From NCBI GenBank assembly GCA_963810095.1, contig CAWEMM010000002.1, positions 64,001-128,000 on the forward strand: DNA of 64,000 nucleotides, given 5' to 3'. The translations under genes and the position numbers were made by a program. Shown here piece after piece: positions 12,454 to 22,470 of the stretch; position 1 is the first letter of the stretch; the number at the start of each line of letters is the position of its first letter. Below the pieces are notes generated by a model. It worked only from the letters and a program-made list of their open reading frames with translations, was not told where the DNA came from and did no database searches. This DNA is from an uncultured Chloroflexia bacterium (GTDB lineage Bacteria > Chloroflexota > Anaerolineae > CG2-30-64-16).

Positions 12454-13041
12454 TTACCTCGCAGCCCCGCGCGGCGCGCCGTTGGCCGGCTCCGCCAGCT
12501 TGACATCCACCGGGCTCGCGACCGGCTCGCGCAGCGGATTCACCGCGTCGATGCGGCTGTACTTGCGATCGCGGAACCGTTCCTTCTGGATCTTCTGCTG
12601 CAGCAGTGTCAGGCCGTACAGCAGCGCCTCGGGCCGCGGCGGGCAGCCGGGGATGTAGACGTCGACCGGCAGGATCTTGTCTACGCCCTGCACGATAGCA
12701 TAATTATTGAAGGGCCCGCCCGCGCTGGCGCAGATGCCCATCGCAATGACCCACTTGGGCTCGAGCATCTGGTCGTAAATGCGCTTGATGACCGGGGCCA
12801 TTTTCTGGCTTACTCGGCCGGAGACAATCAGCAAATCGGCCTGCCGCGGCGAAGCACGGAAAACCTCGGAGCCGAACCGGGCAATATCGAAACGGCTCCC
12901 GCCGGCCGCGATCTGTTCGATCGCACAGCAGGCGAGGCCGAATGTCAGCGGAAAGATGGACCACTTGCGGCCCCAATTGACCGCGTTTTCCAGAGTCGTC
13001 GTAACAAAGCCCTCATCGGGCAGTTTTTCTTCCAGACCCAT
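12454..13041 (-). CDS. nuoB: NADH-quinone oxidoreductase subunit B
   Basis: [33 protein letters not shown] (N2 cluster ligands). Confidence 0.97.
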   Translation of the reverse strand: MGLEEKLPDEGFVTTTLENAVNWGRKWSIFPLTFGLACCAIEQIAAGGSRFDIARFGSEVFRASPRQADLLIVSGRVSQKMAPVIKRIYDQMLEPKWVIAMGICASAGGPFNNYAIVQGVDKILPVDVYIPGCPPRPEALLYGLTLLQQKIQKERFRDRKYSRIDAVNPLREPVASPVDVKLAEPANGAPRGAAR

Positions 13042-13081
13042 TACTCACACTCCGCCAATGTGGCTGCGCCGAACCCGCACC

Positions 13082-13438
13082 TTACTGCCACTTGAACGCG
13101 TCGTTCTTCCACGCGTAGACAAACCCAACGAGCAGAATCACGACGAAAATCGCCATTTCGATGAGCCCAAACAATCCGAGCTTGCGGGCGGCCACGGCCC
13201 ACGGATACATCAGGATGACCTCGACATCGAACAGGATGAAGAGGACCGCCACCAGGTAGAACTGGACCGGGAAGCGGCGCTGGGCGTCGCCGAAGGGCAG
13301 GATGCCCGACTCGTACGGCTCGTCCTTCGCCGAGTTGCGGCGACGAGGGCCCAATAGAGCCGACACCCCGAGCGCGATGGCGGCAAAGCCAAACGCGACG
13401 ACGACCATGACGAGGATCGGGAGATAGCCTTCTGGCAT
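13082..13438 (-). CDS. nuoA: NADH-quinone oxidoreductase subunit A (copy 1)
   Basis: PYESG, FYLVAVLFILFDVE, YPWA, 3 TM; ATG at 13438 behind GGAG (start may be a few codons earlier). Confidence 0.95.
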   Translation of the reverse strand: MPEGYLPILVMVVVAFGFAAIALGVSALLGPRRRNSAKDEPYESGILPFGDAQRRFPVQFYLVAVLFILFDVEVILMYPWAVAARKLGLFGLIEMAIFVVILLVGFVYAWKNDAFKWQ

Positions 13439-13540
13439 GACGGACTCCGCAAAAATCGGATTGCTCGACAACCACCTCAGCCGGCAGCGCGCGGGTCATG
13501 CCGGCGTCAACGACTCAACCCGGCGGGCGCGCGTTGGCGA

Positions 13541-13570
13541 AGTCTATCACGAACGGCGTTTCGTTGTCAA
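13541..13570 (-). promoter_or_regulatory. sigma70-type promoter of the full nuo operon
   Basis: Minus strand TTGACA-18 nt-TAGACT with TG extended -10. Confidence 0.6.
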
Positions 13571-13709
13571 AAGAGTCCCGCAAAAGCCCCCTCCGTTGAT
13601 ACCAAAGGCCACATTTTGTGTGTGACGTCCGGTACAGTATAATGGCGCAGGCCGCAGCGGCCCGGATCCCTCTGGGAGCCGCGCGGATACATTCACTGAA
13701 TCGCTGGCT

Positions 13710-13752
13710 TTGCGTTCTATATGCCGTCGTGCTACAATGCCGCGGCATTGTA
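13710..13752 (+). promoter_or_regulatory. sigma70-type promoter of the second nuo cluster overlapped by a perfect 20-bp palindrome
   Basis: TTGCGT-17 nt-TACAAT (TG extended); TACAATGCCGCGGCATTGTA at 13733-13752 is its own reverse complement. Confidence 0.55.
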
Positions 13753-13904
13753 CGATGCTGTGGCATCTAGGGGTGCCGAAGTATCATCTGATGCGGTTGC
13801 ATTGCACCGGGGTTTCTCCTAAAACCTCTTCCCGGCGCGACTACTGATAGAACGGCCATCACCGCAGCGCTCCCGTAGCTGGGCGCGCGCGGCCCAAAGG
13901 AGGG

Positions 13905-14267
13905 TTGACCGTGCTCTCGCAGTACGCTTTTATCGCCATTTTCGCTGTTATCGCCTTCGCGCTGCCCGTCATTGGCCTCGTCATGTCCTGGCTGATCCGC
14001 CCCAAAAAGCCCAATCCCGCAAAGAACGCTACTTACGAATGCGGCATGGAAACCATCGGCGACACCTGGGTCCAGTTTAAGGCGCAGTATTATCTTTACG
14101 CGCTCGTCTTTGTCGTCTTTGACGTCGAAGCGATTTTCGTCTTTCCCTGGGCGGTTGCCTACAACAAGCTCGGGTTGTACGCGCTGGTGGAGATGGTGCT
14201 CTTCGTCGCGATTCTGCTTGGCGGCCTGCTCTATGCGTGGCAGAAGAAAGCGCTGGAGTGGCATTGA
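13905..14267 (+). CDS. nuoA: NADH-quinone oxidoreductase subunit A (copy 2)
   Basis: AAGGAGG RBS; [32 protein letters not shown]. Confidence 0.95.
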   Translation: MTVLSQYAFIAIFAVIAFALPVIGLVMSWLIRPKKPNPAKNATYECGMETIGDTWVQFKAQYYLYALVFVVFDVEAIFVFPWAVAYNKLGLYALVEMVLFVAILLGGLLYAWQKKALEWH

Positions 14268-14268
14268 T

Positions 14269-15451
14269 ATGAACTACATCCTGGACTTCTTTGTGAATCT
14301 CGGCAATTCGTGGACGGCCTGGCTGAGCACGTTTCTGCCTGCCTGGGGCGTGACCGCGGTCAACTATCTGCTCGTGGGCATCATCCTGGTGATGATGCCG
14401 GTGATTGCGACCCTCACACTGACGTGGATGGAGCGCAAGGTTATCGGCCGGATTCAGAACCGGATTGGACCCAACCGCGTGGGCCCGTGGGGCATCTTCC
14501 AGGCCATCGCCGACGCGGTCAAGATGCTCGATTAAGGAAGACATCGTACCCTCCGGGGCCGATCGTCCCGTGTTCAACCTGTCGCCTATCCTGATCGCCG
14601 GCGCGGCCGCGCTGCTCTGGGCCGTCATCCCGTTCGGCAAGGGCATGATCGGGCAGGACTTGAACGTGGGCGTGCTCTACCTGGTCGCCATCGGCTCGAT
14701 CACGACCGTTTCAGTCGTGATGGCAGGCTGGGCGTCCAACAACAAGTTCGCGCTGATCGGTGCATTCCGCGTCGTGGCGCAACTGCTGAGCTACGAAGTG
14801 CCGATGATCCTGTCGATCGCCACCGTCGTGCTGTTAGCCGGCACAATGAGCACGATGGGCATCGTGGAGGCGCAGCAAGTGCCCTTCATCTTCGTCCTGC
14901 CCATGGCCGCCCTCGCGTACTTCGTCGCCGGCTCGGCCGAGGTGGGCCGCGCGCCCTTCGATTTGCTCGAAGCGGACTCGGAAATCGTCGCGGGCTATTT
15001 CATCGAGTACAGCGGCCTCAAGTTCGGCTGGTTCTACATCGCCGAGTACGGCAACCTCTTCGCGATCTCGGCCATCACGGCCACCCTGTTCCTGGGCGGT
15101 TGGCGTGGCCCCTTCGCCCACGAGGCGCCGGTGCTGGGTCCCGTTTACTTCATTCTGAAAACCTTGCTGGTCGTCTTCCTGCTCATGTGGATTCGCGGCA
15201 CGTGGCCCCGGTTCCGCATCGACCAGATGCTGGCGTTTGCCTGGAAGGTTCTCGTGCCCGCGTCCCTGGCGAACCTGCTCTGGGTGGCAATCGTCCTGAA
15301 GCTGCCCGTGCCGACGTTCGCGCAGTGGGTCCTGGTGTTAGGCGGCAACCTGATCATTCTGGCCGTGGCTGCAACCATGCTCGGCCGGGCCGCCAGGCGT
15401 TACGCTGACCAGCACAAAGTCGCCACCGCATCTGCGGCGGCGTCTGCCTGA
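14269..15451 (+). CDS. nuoH: NADH-quinone oxidoreductase subunit H (copy 2; frameshift near 14530)
   Basis: ATG 14269 gives [28 protein letters not shown]; continues in another frame as [41 protein letters not shown]. Confidence 0.93.
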
Positions 15452-15602
15452 CATTCCGTACAGCAGCGCGGCGCCCACCCAGGCCTGCGCGGGCGCGAGT
15501 CGTTGACCACGCTAGCCTTTGCCTGCGCTGCTGTGTCTCTTGACCGCCTATTCCGCCAATCCGTCGCTGAACGGGAACGCACTCATGCAAGGGGTTGCAG
15601 CC

Positions 15603-16094
15603 ATGCAACAGGTCATGTTCTTTGTCCTCAGCGCAGTTACGCTGATCTCCGGTGCCCTGGTGGTCACCACGCGCAGCCTCTTCCGCTCCGCGCTCTGGCT
15701 CGTCCTGGCCTTCTTCGGCATCGCGGGGCTGTTCATCCTCCTCAACGCCGAGTTTCTGGCCGTTGCGCAGGTGCTCATCTACGTTGGCGCAATCTCGACC
15801 CTGATCATTTTCGCGATCATGCTGAGCCGCGGCGTCATGGACCCCGACGCCCGGCGCTTCAACAGCCAGTGGGGGCTCGTCGCGGGCTTCGGCGCAGTGT
15901 TCTTCGTGCTCCTGGCCGCCATCCTCACCCGCGTGCAGTGGCCCATCACGATGGGTGCGGTGCCCCCCGATGCCATCCAGCAGCTGGGTTCTGACTTCGT
16001 GGGGCCTTTTGTGGTCCCCTTCGAAGTGGCGTCGGTATTACTCGTCGTCGCCATGATTGGCGCCATCATCATCGCGCGTGAGCGGGAGAACTAG
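15603..16094 (+). CDS. nuoJ: NADH-quinone oxidoreductase subunit J (copy 2)
   Basis: [42 protein letters not shown]. Confidence 0.94.
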   Translation: MQQVMFFVLSAVTLISGALVVTTRSLFRSALWLVLAFFGIAGLFILLNAEFLAVAQVLIYVGAISTLIIFAIMLSRGVMDPDARRFNSQWGLVAGFGAVFFVLLAAILTRVQWPITMGAVPPDAIQQLGSDFVGPFVVPFEVASVLLVVAMIGAIIIAREREN

Positions 16095-16095
16095 C

Positions 16096-16419
16096 ATGGT
16101 TCCACTCACCTGGTACCTCCTTGTTGCGGCCGCGCTGTTCTGCATCGGTGCGTTCGGCGCGCTCGCCCGGCGCAATGCCGTGGCCGTCCTGATGGGCATC
16201 GAGCTGATGCTCAACGCGGTCAACATTAACCTGGTTGCCTTCTGGCGCTATGTCAGCGCGGGGGCGAGCGCGGCCGCGAACATGACGGGGCAGTTGTTCG
16301 CCATCTTCGTCATCACCGTTGCGGCGGCAGAAGCTGCGGTTGGCCTGGCGCTGATCATCGCGATCTACCGCCAACGCAGCACCGTCGTCGTCGAAGACAT
16401 CGACACGATGAAGGGATAG
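16096..16419 (+). CDS. nuoK: NADH-quinone oxidoreductase subunit K (copy 2)
   Basis: [22 protein letters not shown]. Confidence 0.95.
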   Translation: MVPLTWYLLVAAALFCIGAFGALARRNAVAVLMGIELMLNAVNINLVAFWRYVSAGASAAANMTGQLFAIFVITVAAAEAAVGLALIIAIYRQRSTVVVEDIDTMKG

Positions 16420-16423
16420 CGGC

Positions 16424-18722
16424 ATGAGCGAAGCCACCACCTACCCGGCCGTCTTCAACCTGACGCCGATCATCCCGTTCCTGCCGCTCGCGGCCTTCGT
16501 GCTCATCGTGCTCTGGGCCAATCGCAGCAAGAAGCTCAGCGCCGCACTCGCGATTGCAGGCATCGCGCTCTCCTGGGTCATTAGTTGGGCGGTTGCCTTC
16601 ACCACCTTCGGGATGGAGCGGTTCGGCGAGAACCCCGTCACATTCGTCGCGCAACTGGCTGCCCACGGGCTCGACCTGGCAGGCGTTCGGCTTCCGGGTC
16701 GATCCGCTTTCTGCCGCCATGCTCTTCATGGTTCCGTTCGTTTGCTTCCTTATTTTTGTGTACGCAGTCGGCTACATGGGTGTGGGCAAAGAGGAGAGCG
16801 CAATTGAGGCCGGTGGGCACGACGAGCGCGGCAAGCCGGCCGAGCCCGGCCATGTCGACCGCCTCGCCAGTCGCTTCTTCGCCTACATCGCCCTCTTCGC
16901 ATCGGGCATGCTCGGCTTTGTCCTCTCCGACAACTGGGTCATGGCGTTCATCTTTTGGGAACTCATGGGCCTTTGCTCGTACCTCCTGATTGGCTTCTGG
17001 TTCGCCCGCAAGTATCCGAACCCGAAACAGATTACGCCCAAGGAGGCCGGGCTGAAGGCTTTCCTGACCACCCGGGTCGGCGACACGATCATGCTGGTCG
17101 GGTTCCTGATCCTCTTCGGCATCACCGGCTCGATCACGTTCTCTCAGATCCTGTCGCCCCAGACGCTGGAGCAGCTGACGACCCTGACGTTCAACCTGCC
17201 GGTCTTCGGCCCGGTCCCGGCGGCGACCGTCATCGCGATCCTGATCTTCTTCGGCGCCATCGGTAAGAGCGCCCAATTCCCCCTGCACGTCTGGCTGCCC
17301 GACGCGATGGAGGGCCCGACGCCCGTTTCCGCCCTGATCCACGCGGCCACCATGGTGTCGGCGGGCGTGTACCTGATCATTCGCCTCTTCCCGCTCATGG
17401 CGGCCGTGGAGCACGGCGGGGCGCTGCGCTTCATCGGCTTCATCGGCTCGTTCACCGCGCTGTTTGCGGCCACGATCGCCGTGGCGCAGAACGACATCAA
17501 GAAGGTGCTGGCGTACTCCACCATTTCCCAGCTCGGGTTTATGTTTGCCGCACTTGGCATCGGCGCGTACGTCGCCGCGACCTTCCACCTGCTGATGCAC
17601 GCCTTCTTCAAGGCCCTGCTGTTCCTCGGCTCGGGCAGCGTGATTCACGGCATGGAGCATGGACACCACGAGGCCGCGCACGTTCACACCCCCGCGGTGG
17701 CGCACGCGGACGAAGTGAGCAGCATCGCTCGTGACTCGCACACGGCGGAGACCAGCCCGCGCGAGGAGCACGGCTTCGATCCGCAGGACATGCGCAACAT
17801 GGGCGGCCTGTTCCGACGGATGCCCCGCACGGCCTGGACCTTCATTATCGGCGGCCTGGCGCTCAGTGGATTCCCGCTTGTGACTGCGGGCTTCTGGAGC
17901 AAGGACGAAATCCTGGCGGATGCTTGGTACAACCAGCACCACGTGGTCTTCTTCGTGCTGGCCCTGGCCGCGCTGCTCACCGCGTTCTACACCGGGCGCC
18001 AGATCATGATGACGTTCTTCGGCAAGCCGCGCACCGAGGCCGCGATGCACGCCTCGGAGCACGACAGCATCTTTGCCTGGATGACCATTCCGCTCATGGT
18101 GCTGGCCGTCTTCGCCGTTGTTGCGGGTTGGGTGGGTATCCCGACCACCTTCCCGGCGCTGGGCGCCCTGTCCACCAATCCCTTCCACGAATACATTGGC
18201 GGCCTCGCCGAGGCGCTCCACGTGGAGGCCGCGGAACTGCCGTTTACACCCGTGCCGCTCGTGACGTCGATGATTGTGGCGCTGGGCGGCCTGCTGCTCG
18301 GCTACCTGGTGTACCGGGGCTACGCGGCGAGGGCGCAGAGCGAGACCCGTGACCCGCTCTCCCGGCCGCTCGGCGGGCTGTACCGTGTGCTGCAGAACAA
18401 GTACTACGTGGACGAGCTTTATTACAAGGTGTTCGTGCGGGGCACTCAGCGGCTGTCCAACTGGCTCTTCAAGTTCGACGATGCGTGGGTAATCGACCCG
18501 ATCGTCGACGGGGTGGGCAAGGTGGGCCGGCGGCTTTCAGAGGCGGGTCACTGGTTCGATGTGCACGTCGTGGACGCCATCGTGAACGGCATCGGCAAGG
18601 CGGCCGACGCCTTCGGCGGCGCCCTGCGAGCCCTGCAAACCGGCCGGGCGCAGAACTACCTGTTTACGATCCTGGTCGTGTTGTCGGTAGCGCTGGGCTT
18701 GTACCTGCTGCTGCCCAAGTGA
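16424..18722 (+). CDS. nuoL: NADH-quinone oxidoreductase subunit L (copy 2; extended lateral helix; frameshift near 16650)
   Basis: ORFs 16424-16807 and 16554-18722 join; WELMGLCSYLLIGFW, KSAQFPLHVWLPDAMEGPTPVSALIHAATMV; His-rich loop; duplicated FD..VID.IVDG/VNG segment near the C-terminus. Confidence 0.94.
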
Positions 18723-18779
18723 TTTCGACCTTACGTTATTCCGTTCGATCTTATCGCAACCGGTCCATCGGAGGGCTCT

Positions 18780-20366
18780 TTGATGAATAACCTGCTGCTG
18801 ACCATTATTACCTTCGTCCCGCTTGTCGGCGCCATCCTCGTGCTGCTGCCGTGGGGTAGATGGTTCAGGCTAGACAAGGCGCGCGAGGAAAGGCTGATCA
18901 AGACGGGCGCGATCGCGATCAGCACGCTGCCCTTGGGCCTCGCGATCATGCTGTGGTTCGCCTACGATCGGGCGGCCGGCGGCATGCAGTTCCAGGCGAT
19001 GGTGCCGTGGATTCCGGCGATCAACGTGAGCTTCCACGTCGGCGTGGATGGCTTGAGCGTCCCGTTTATCTTTCTGACGACGTTCCTGACCACCCTCGGC
19101 CTGTGGTACTCGGCGCGCACGATCAAGGTGCGCGTGCGGGAATTCTTCTTCCTTTTCCTGCTGCTCGAAATGGGCATGTTGGGCGTCTTCATCTCGCTCG
19201 ACCTCGTGCTCTTCTACGTGTTCTGGGAGATCGGCCTCGTCCCGATGTACTTCCTGATCGGCATCTGGGGGCAGGCGAAGGACCGGCCGCAGTATTCGGC
19301 GATCAAGTTCTTCCTCTATACCATGGCCGGTTCGGTCTTCATGCTGCTGGCAATCCTGGCGATCTACTTTGCCACCGGCAGCTTCGACCTCCTCGTGGCG
19401 CAACGGGTGCATCCCTACGCGAATAATGCCCTGTTATCCGGCTTGTTTTTCTTCGCCTTCTTCCTGGCGTTTGCGATCAAGGTCCCGAGTTGGCCGTTCC
19501 ACACCTGGCTGCCCGACGCGCACACTGCCGCGCCCACCGCTGGCTCTGTCATCCTGGCCGGCATCCTGTTGAAGCTTGGCGCGTACGGCATCATCCGCAT
19601 CGCGCTGCCGGTCTTTCCGACCGCGGCCAACCGGTTCGCCGTGGTGCTCGTCGCGCTCGGCGTGATCTCAATCATCTACGGCGCGCTCGTGTCGATGGCC
19701 CAATGGGATCTAAAACGCCTGATCGCGTACTCTTCTGTGAGCCACATGGGGTACATCCTGCTCGGTGTGGGCGCGGCTGCCTACATGTTCGGGCGGCCCG
19801 AGTATATCGATGCGGGCGCGATGGCGCTGAGCGGCGCCACCTTGCAGATGTTTACGCACGGGCTCAGCACCGGCGCCTTGTTCTTCCTCGTCGGCGTGAT
19901 CTACGAACGCTCGCACGTGCGTGACTTGAAAATGTTCGGCGGCCTGAGCAGCAAGCTCCCGTACTACTACGGCCTTTTCGCTCTCGCAGCCTTCACATCG
20001 CTCGGGCTGCCCGGCCTGGCCGGCTTCTGGAGCGAGCTCTTCGTCTTCCGAGGCGTGTTCGCGGTGCCGGCGCTGGCCATCTGGGCGGTGATCGGCGTGA
20101 TCGGCATCGTCCTGACCGCGGCGTACATCCTCTGGAAGATCGTGCAGTACACCTTCCTGGGCCAGTATGATCCGCACAAGATCGCGCACTGGACCGACGT
20201 GGAGACCGGCGCCGAGCTGCACGAGCCCAAGGACATGGCGCTGTTCGAGAAGATCACGCTGTGGCCCCTGGCGATCTTTATGATCCTCTTCGGCGTGGCC
20301 CCGGCCCTGATCCTGACGTTCTTCAACGGAACGTTCACGACCTTCATGACCTCGCTCGCCAGGTGA
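18780..20366 (+). CDS. nuoM: NADH-quinone oxidoreductase subunit M (copy 2)
   Basis: GVDGLS, FYVFWEIGLVPMYFLIGIWG, IKVPSWPFHTWLPDAH, LIAYSSVSHMG. Confidence 0.96.
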   Translation: MMNNLLLTIITFVPLVGAILVLLPWGRWFRLDKAREERLIKTGAIAISTLPLGLAIMLWFAYDRAAGGMQFQAMVPWIPAINVSFHVGVDGLSVPFIFLTTFLTTLGLWYSARTIKVRVREFFFLFLLLEMGMLGVFISLDLVLFYVFWEIGLVPMYFLIGIWGQAKDRPQYSAIKFFLYTMAGSVFMLLAILAIYFATGSFDLLVAQRVHPYANNALLSGLFFFAFFLAFAIKVPSWPFHTWLPDAHTAAPTAGSVILAGILLKLGAYGIIRIALPVFPTAANRFAVVLVALGVISIIYGALVSMAQWDLKRLIAYSSVSHMGYILLGVGAAAYMFGRPEYIDAGAMALSGATLQMFTHGLSTGALFFLVGVIYERSHVRDLKMFGGLSSKLPYYYGLFALAAFTSLGLPGLAGFWSELFVFRGVFAVPALAIWAVIGVIGIVLTAAYILWKIVQYTFLGQYDPHKIAHWTDVETGAELHEPKDMALFEKITLWPLAIFMILFGVAPALILTFFNGTFTTFMTSLAR

Positions 20367-20390
20367 TGATCCAGGACGGGAGGCAGACTC

Positions 20391-21902
20391 TTGAAACTCT
20401 CTGACATTACCTACCTGCTGCCCGAGCTGGTGCTCCTCGTGGGCGCGGCGTTGGTCTTCCTGCTCGACATCCTTTGGCTGCGCCCCAAGATGTCTGGCGA
20501 CCCGAGATCGCAGGACCGGCGTTTCTCCTGGCTGCCCGGCATCGCAATTGTCGTGTTGCTCGTGGCGGCGGTGGCCATTATTCCCAGCCAGGCGCGTCCG
20601 GCCACCATCGTGGCGACGATGCTCACGATCGACGGGTTTGCCCTGTTCTTCAAGGCGCTGGCGCTCATGGGCGTTGGCCTCGTGATCCTGACCGCGATGC
20701 CCTATCTCAAGGGCCGCACGCCGTTCGGCGGCGAGTTCTACGCGCTCCTGCTGATCACCGCACTGGCGATTTGCCTGGCCGTTTCCGCCAACAACCTGAT
20801 CATGATCTACCTGGCGATGGAGTTCCTCAGCATAACGAGCTACGTGCTGGCGGGCTACCTGCGCAACGATCGGAAGTCGGGCGAGGCGGCGCTGAAGTAC
20901 TTCCTCTACGGCGCGACTGCGTCGGGTGTGATGCTCTACGGCATGTCGCTGCTCTATGGCGCGACGGGCACCACCGTGCTGTCGGAATTGGCGCAGGTTC
21001 TCTCGGCCCGGCCACAAGGCGACCTGGTGTATCTGATCGTGCCCGCCATCGTCATGCTGCTGGCCGGTTTCGGCTTCAAGGCCAGCCTGGTGCCCTTCCA
21101 TCAGTGGGCGCCCGATACGTACGAAGGTGCGCCAACGCCCATCACCGCGTTCCTTTCGACCGCTTCCAAGGCCACCGGGTTCGCGATCCTGATGCGGGTT
21201 TTCGTCACTGCGTTTGGGTTCCTGCCGGTTGCAGGGCAGTGGGTCACCATCCTGGTCGGGATTTCGGTCCTGACGATGACCCTCGGCAACCTGACCGCCC
21301 TGCGGCAGACCAATATCAAACGGCTGCTGGCCTACTCGTCTATCGCACAGGCCGGCTACATGCTGATTGGCGTCGCGGCCGTGGCCGTTACGCCCGGACT
21401 GACTTTCAACGGCATCAACGGCGTGCTCCTCTACCTGTTCGCCTACCTGTTCACCAATCTGGGTGCGTTCGCGGTGGTCATCGCCATCGAGACCAGCACG
21501 GGCAAGGTCGAGCTGAAGGACTACAGCGGGATGGTGCGCCGCTCGCCGTGGTTGGCCGTGCTCCTGGCCATCTTCCTGTTGTCGCTCGCGGGCATTCCGC
21601 CCACGGGCGGCTTCCTGGGTAAGCTCTACGTGTTTGGTGCGGCCGTGTACCGGGAGATGTGGGTGCTTCTGGCCATTGCAGCGATCAACACCGTCATCGC
21701 GGCGTTTTACTACCTGAATATCGTCCGTTACATGTTCTTCGTGCCCAGCGAAGAGCCTGTCGAACGCGTCCCCGTCGCGCCGGCCTTCGGGGCCGTCCTG
21801 GCGATCACTGCCACTGTGACCCTGGCGCTCGGCATCGTGCCGGGGCCGTTCATTGCGTGGGCGTCAGTCTCGGCACGCTCCCTGCTATCCGTACTTAGGT
21901 AG
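20391..21902 (+). CDS. nuoN: NADH-quinone oxidoreductase subunit N
   Basis: EAALKYFLYG, FKASLVPFHQWAPDTYEGAP, KRLLAYSSIAQAGY, SLAGIPPTGGFLGK. Confidence 0.96.
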   Translation: MKLSDITYLLPELVLLVGAALVFLLDILWLRPKMSGDPRSQDRRFSWLPGIAIVVLLVAAVAIIPSQARPATIVATMLTIDGFALFFKALALMGVGLVILTAMPYLKGRTPFGGEFYALLLITALAICLAVSANNLIMIYLAMEFLSITSYVLAGYLRNDRKSGEAALKYFLYGATASGVMLYGMSLLYGATGTTVLSELAQVLSARPQGDLVYLIVPAIVMLLAGFGFKASLVPFHQWAPDTYEGAPTPITAFLSTASKATGFAILMRVFVTAFGFLPVAGQWVTILVGISVLTMTLGNLTALRQTNIKRLLAYSSIAQAGYMLIGVAAVAVTPGLTFNGINGVLLYLFAYLFTNLGAFAVVIAIETSTGKVELKDYSGMVRRSPWLAVLLAIFLLSLAGIPPTGGFLGKLYVFGAAVYREMWVLLAIAAINTVIAAFYYLNIVRYMFFVPSEEPVERVPVAPAFGAVLAITATVTLALGIVPGPFIAWASVSARSLLSVLR

Positions 21903-21918
21903 ACGTTCCGGAGCCGGT

Positions 21919-22461
21919 GTGAACGACGACAAACCGGTCAGACAAAAGCACAGACATCAGCGGGAACCGATTCGTACGGTTCCCGCCTGGCGCAAGTATG
22001 GCGTTGAGCTGGCCGGTCTTGTCGTGGTCGGGGTGGGCCTGTTCCTGGTGCTCGAGCGGATGACCCTGCGCGAGACGCTCTCCACCTGGTTTCGTGACAC
22101 GGCTCGTTCGCTCATGGGCCGGTTCCAGCAGGCCGGCAGCGCCTTCGACGCGTTTCTCGACCAGGTCTCGGTTTCGGATGTCGTCGGCTTCACCCTGATC
22201 GTGGGCGCGCTGGCCGCGATCCTGCTGCGGATTCGCTGGCGCCTGCTGAACAATCCGAAGCTCACGGCCGTGGTGTGTCCCAAGTGCGGGGGCGTGATCC
22301 ACCGGGCTCATCGCACCAAGACCGACCACGTGGTCGCAGCGTTTGTGCCGGTCCGCCGCTACCGCTGCGCGAGTATCAGTTGCGGATGGCGCGGGCTGCG
22401 GGTGGGTGAACAACACGGGTCGTCACATCACCACGCGCGACCCTCAAACGTAGGAGAGTAG
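21919..22461 (+). CDS. Hypothetical 2-TM membrane protein with C-terminal zinc-ribbon-like motif
   Basis: Two hydrophobic segments, then CPKC...RYRCASISC; fills the nuoN-murE gap with 16 and 9 nt spacers (GTG start inferred). Confidence 0.7.
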   Translation: MNDDKPVRQKHRHQREPIRTVPAWRKYGVELAGLVVVGVGLFLVLERMTLRETLSTWFRDTARSLMGRFQQAGSAFDAFLDQVSVSDVVGFTLIVGALAAILLRIRWRLLNNPKLTAVVCPKCGGVIHRAHRTKTDHVVAAFVPVRRYRCASISCGWRGLRVGEQHGSSHHHARPSNVGE

Positions 22462-22470
22462 AAGCGGTCC

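Noticed and set aside
13905-21902. Second cluster as an Mrp antiporter or energy-converting hydrogenase membrane module
   Set aside because: It has clear NuoA, NuoH, NuoJ and NuoK in nuo order, and no MrpE/F/G or NiFe large-subunit motifs.
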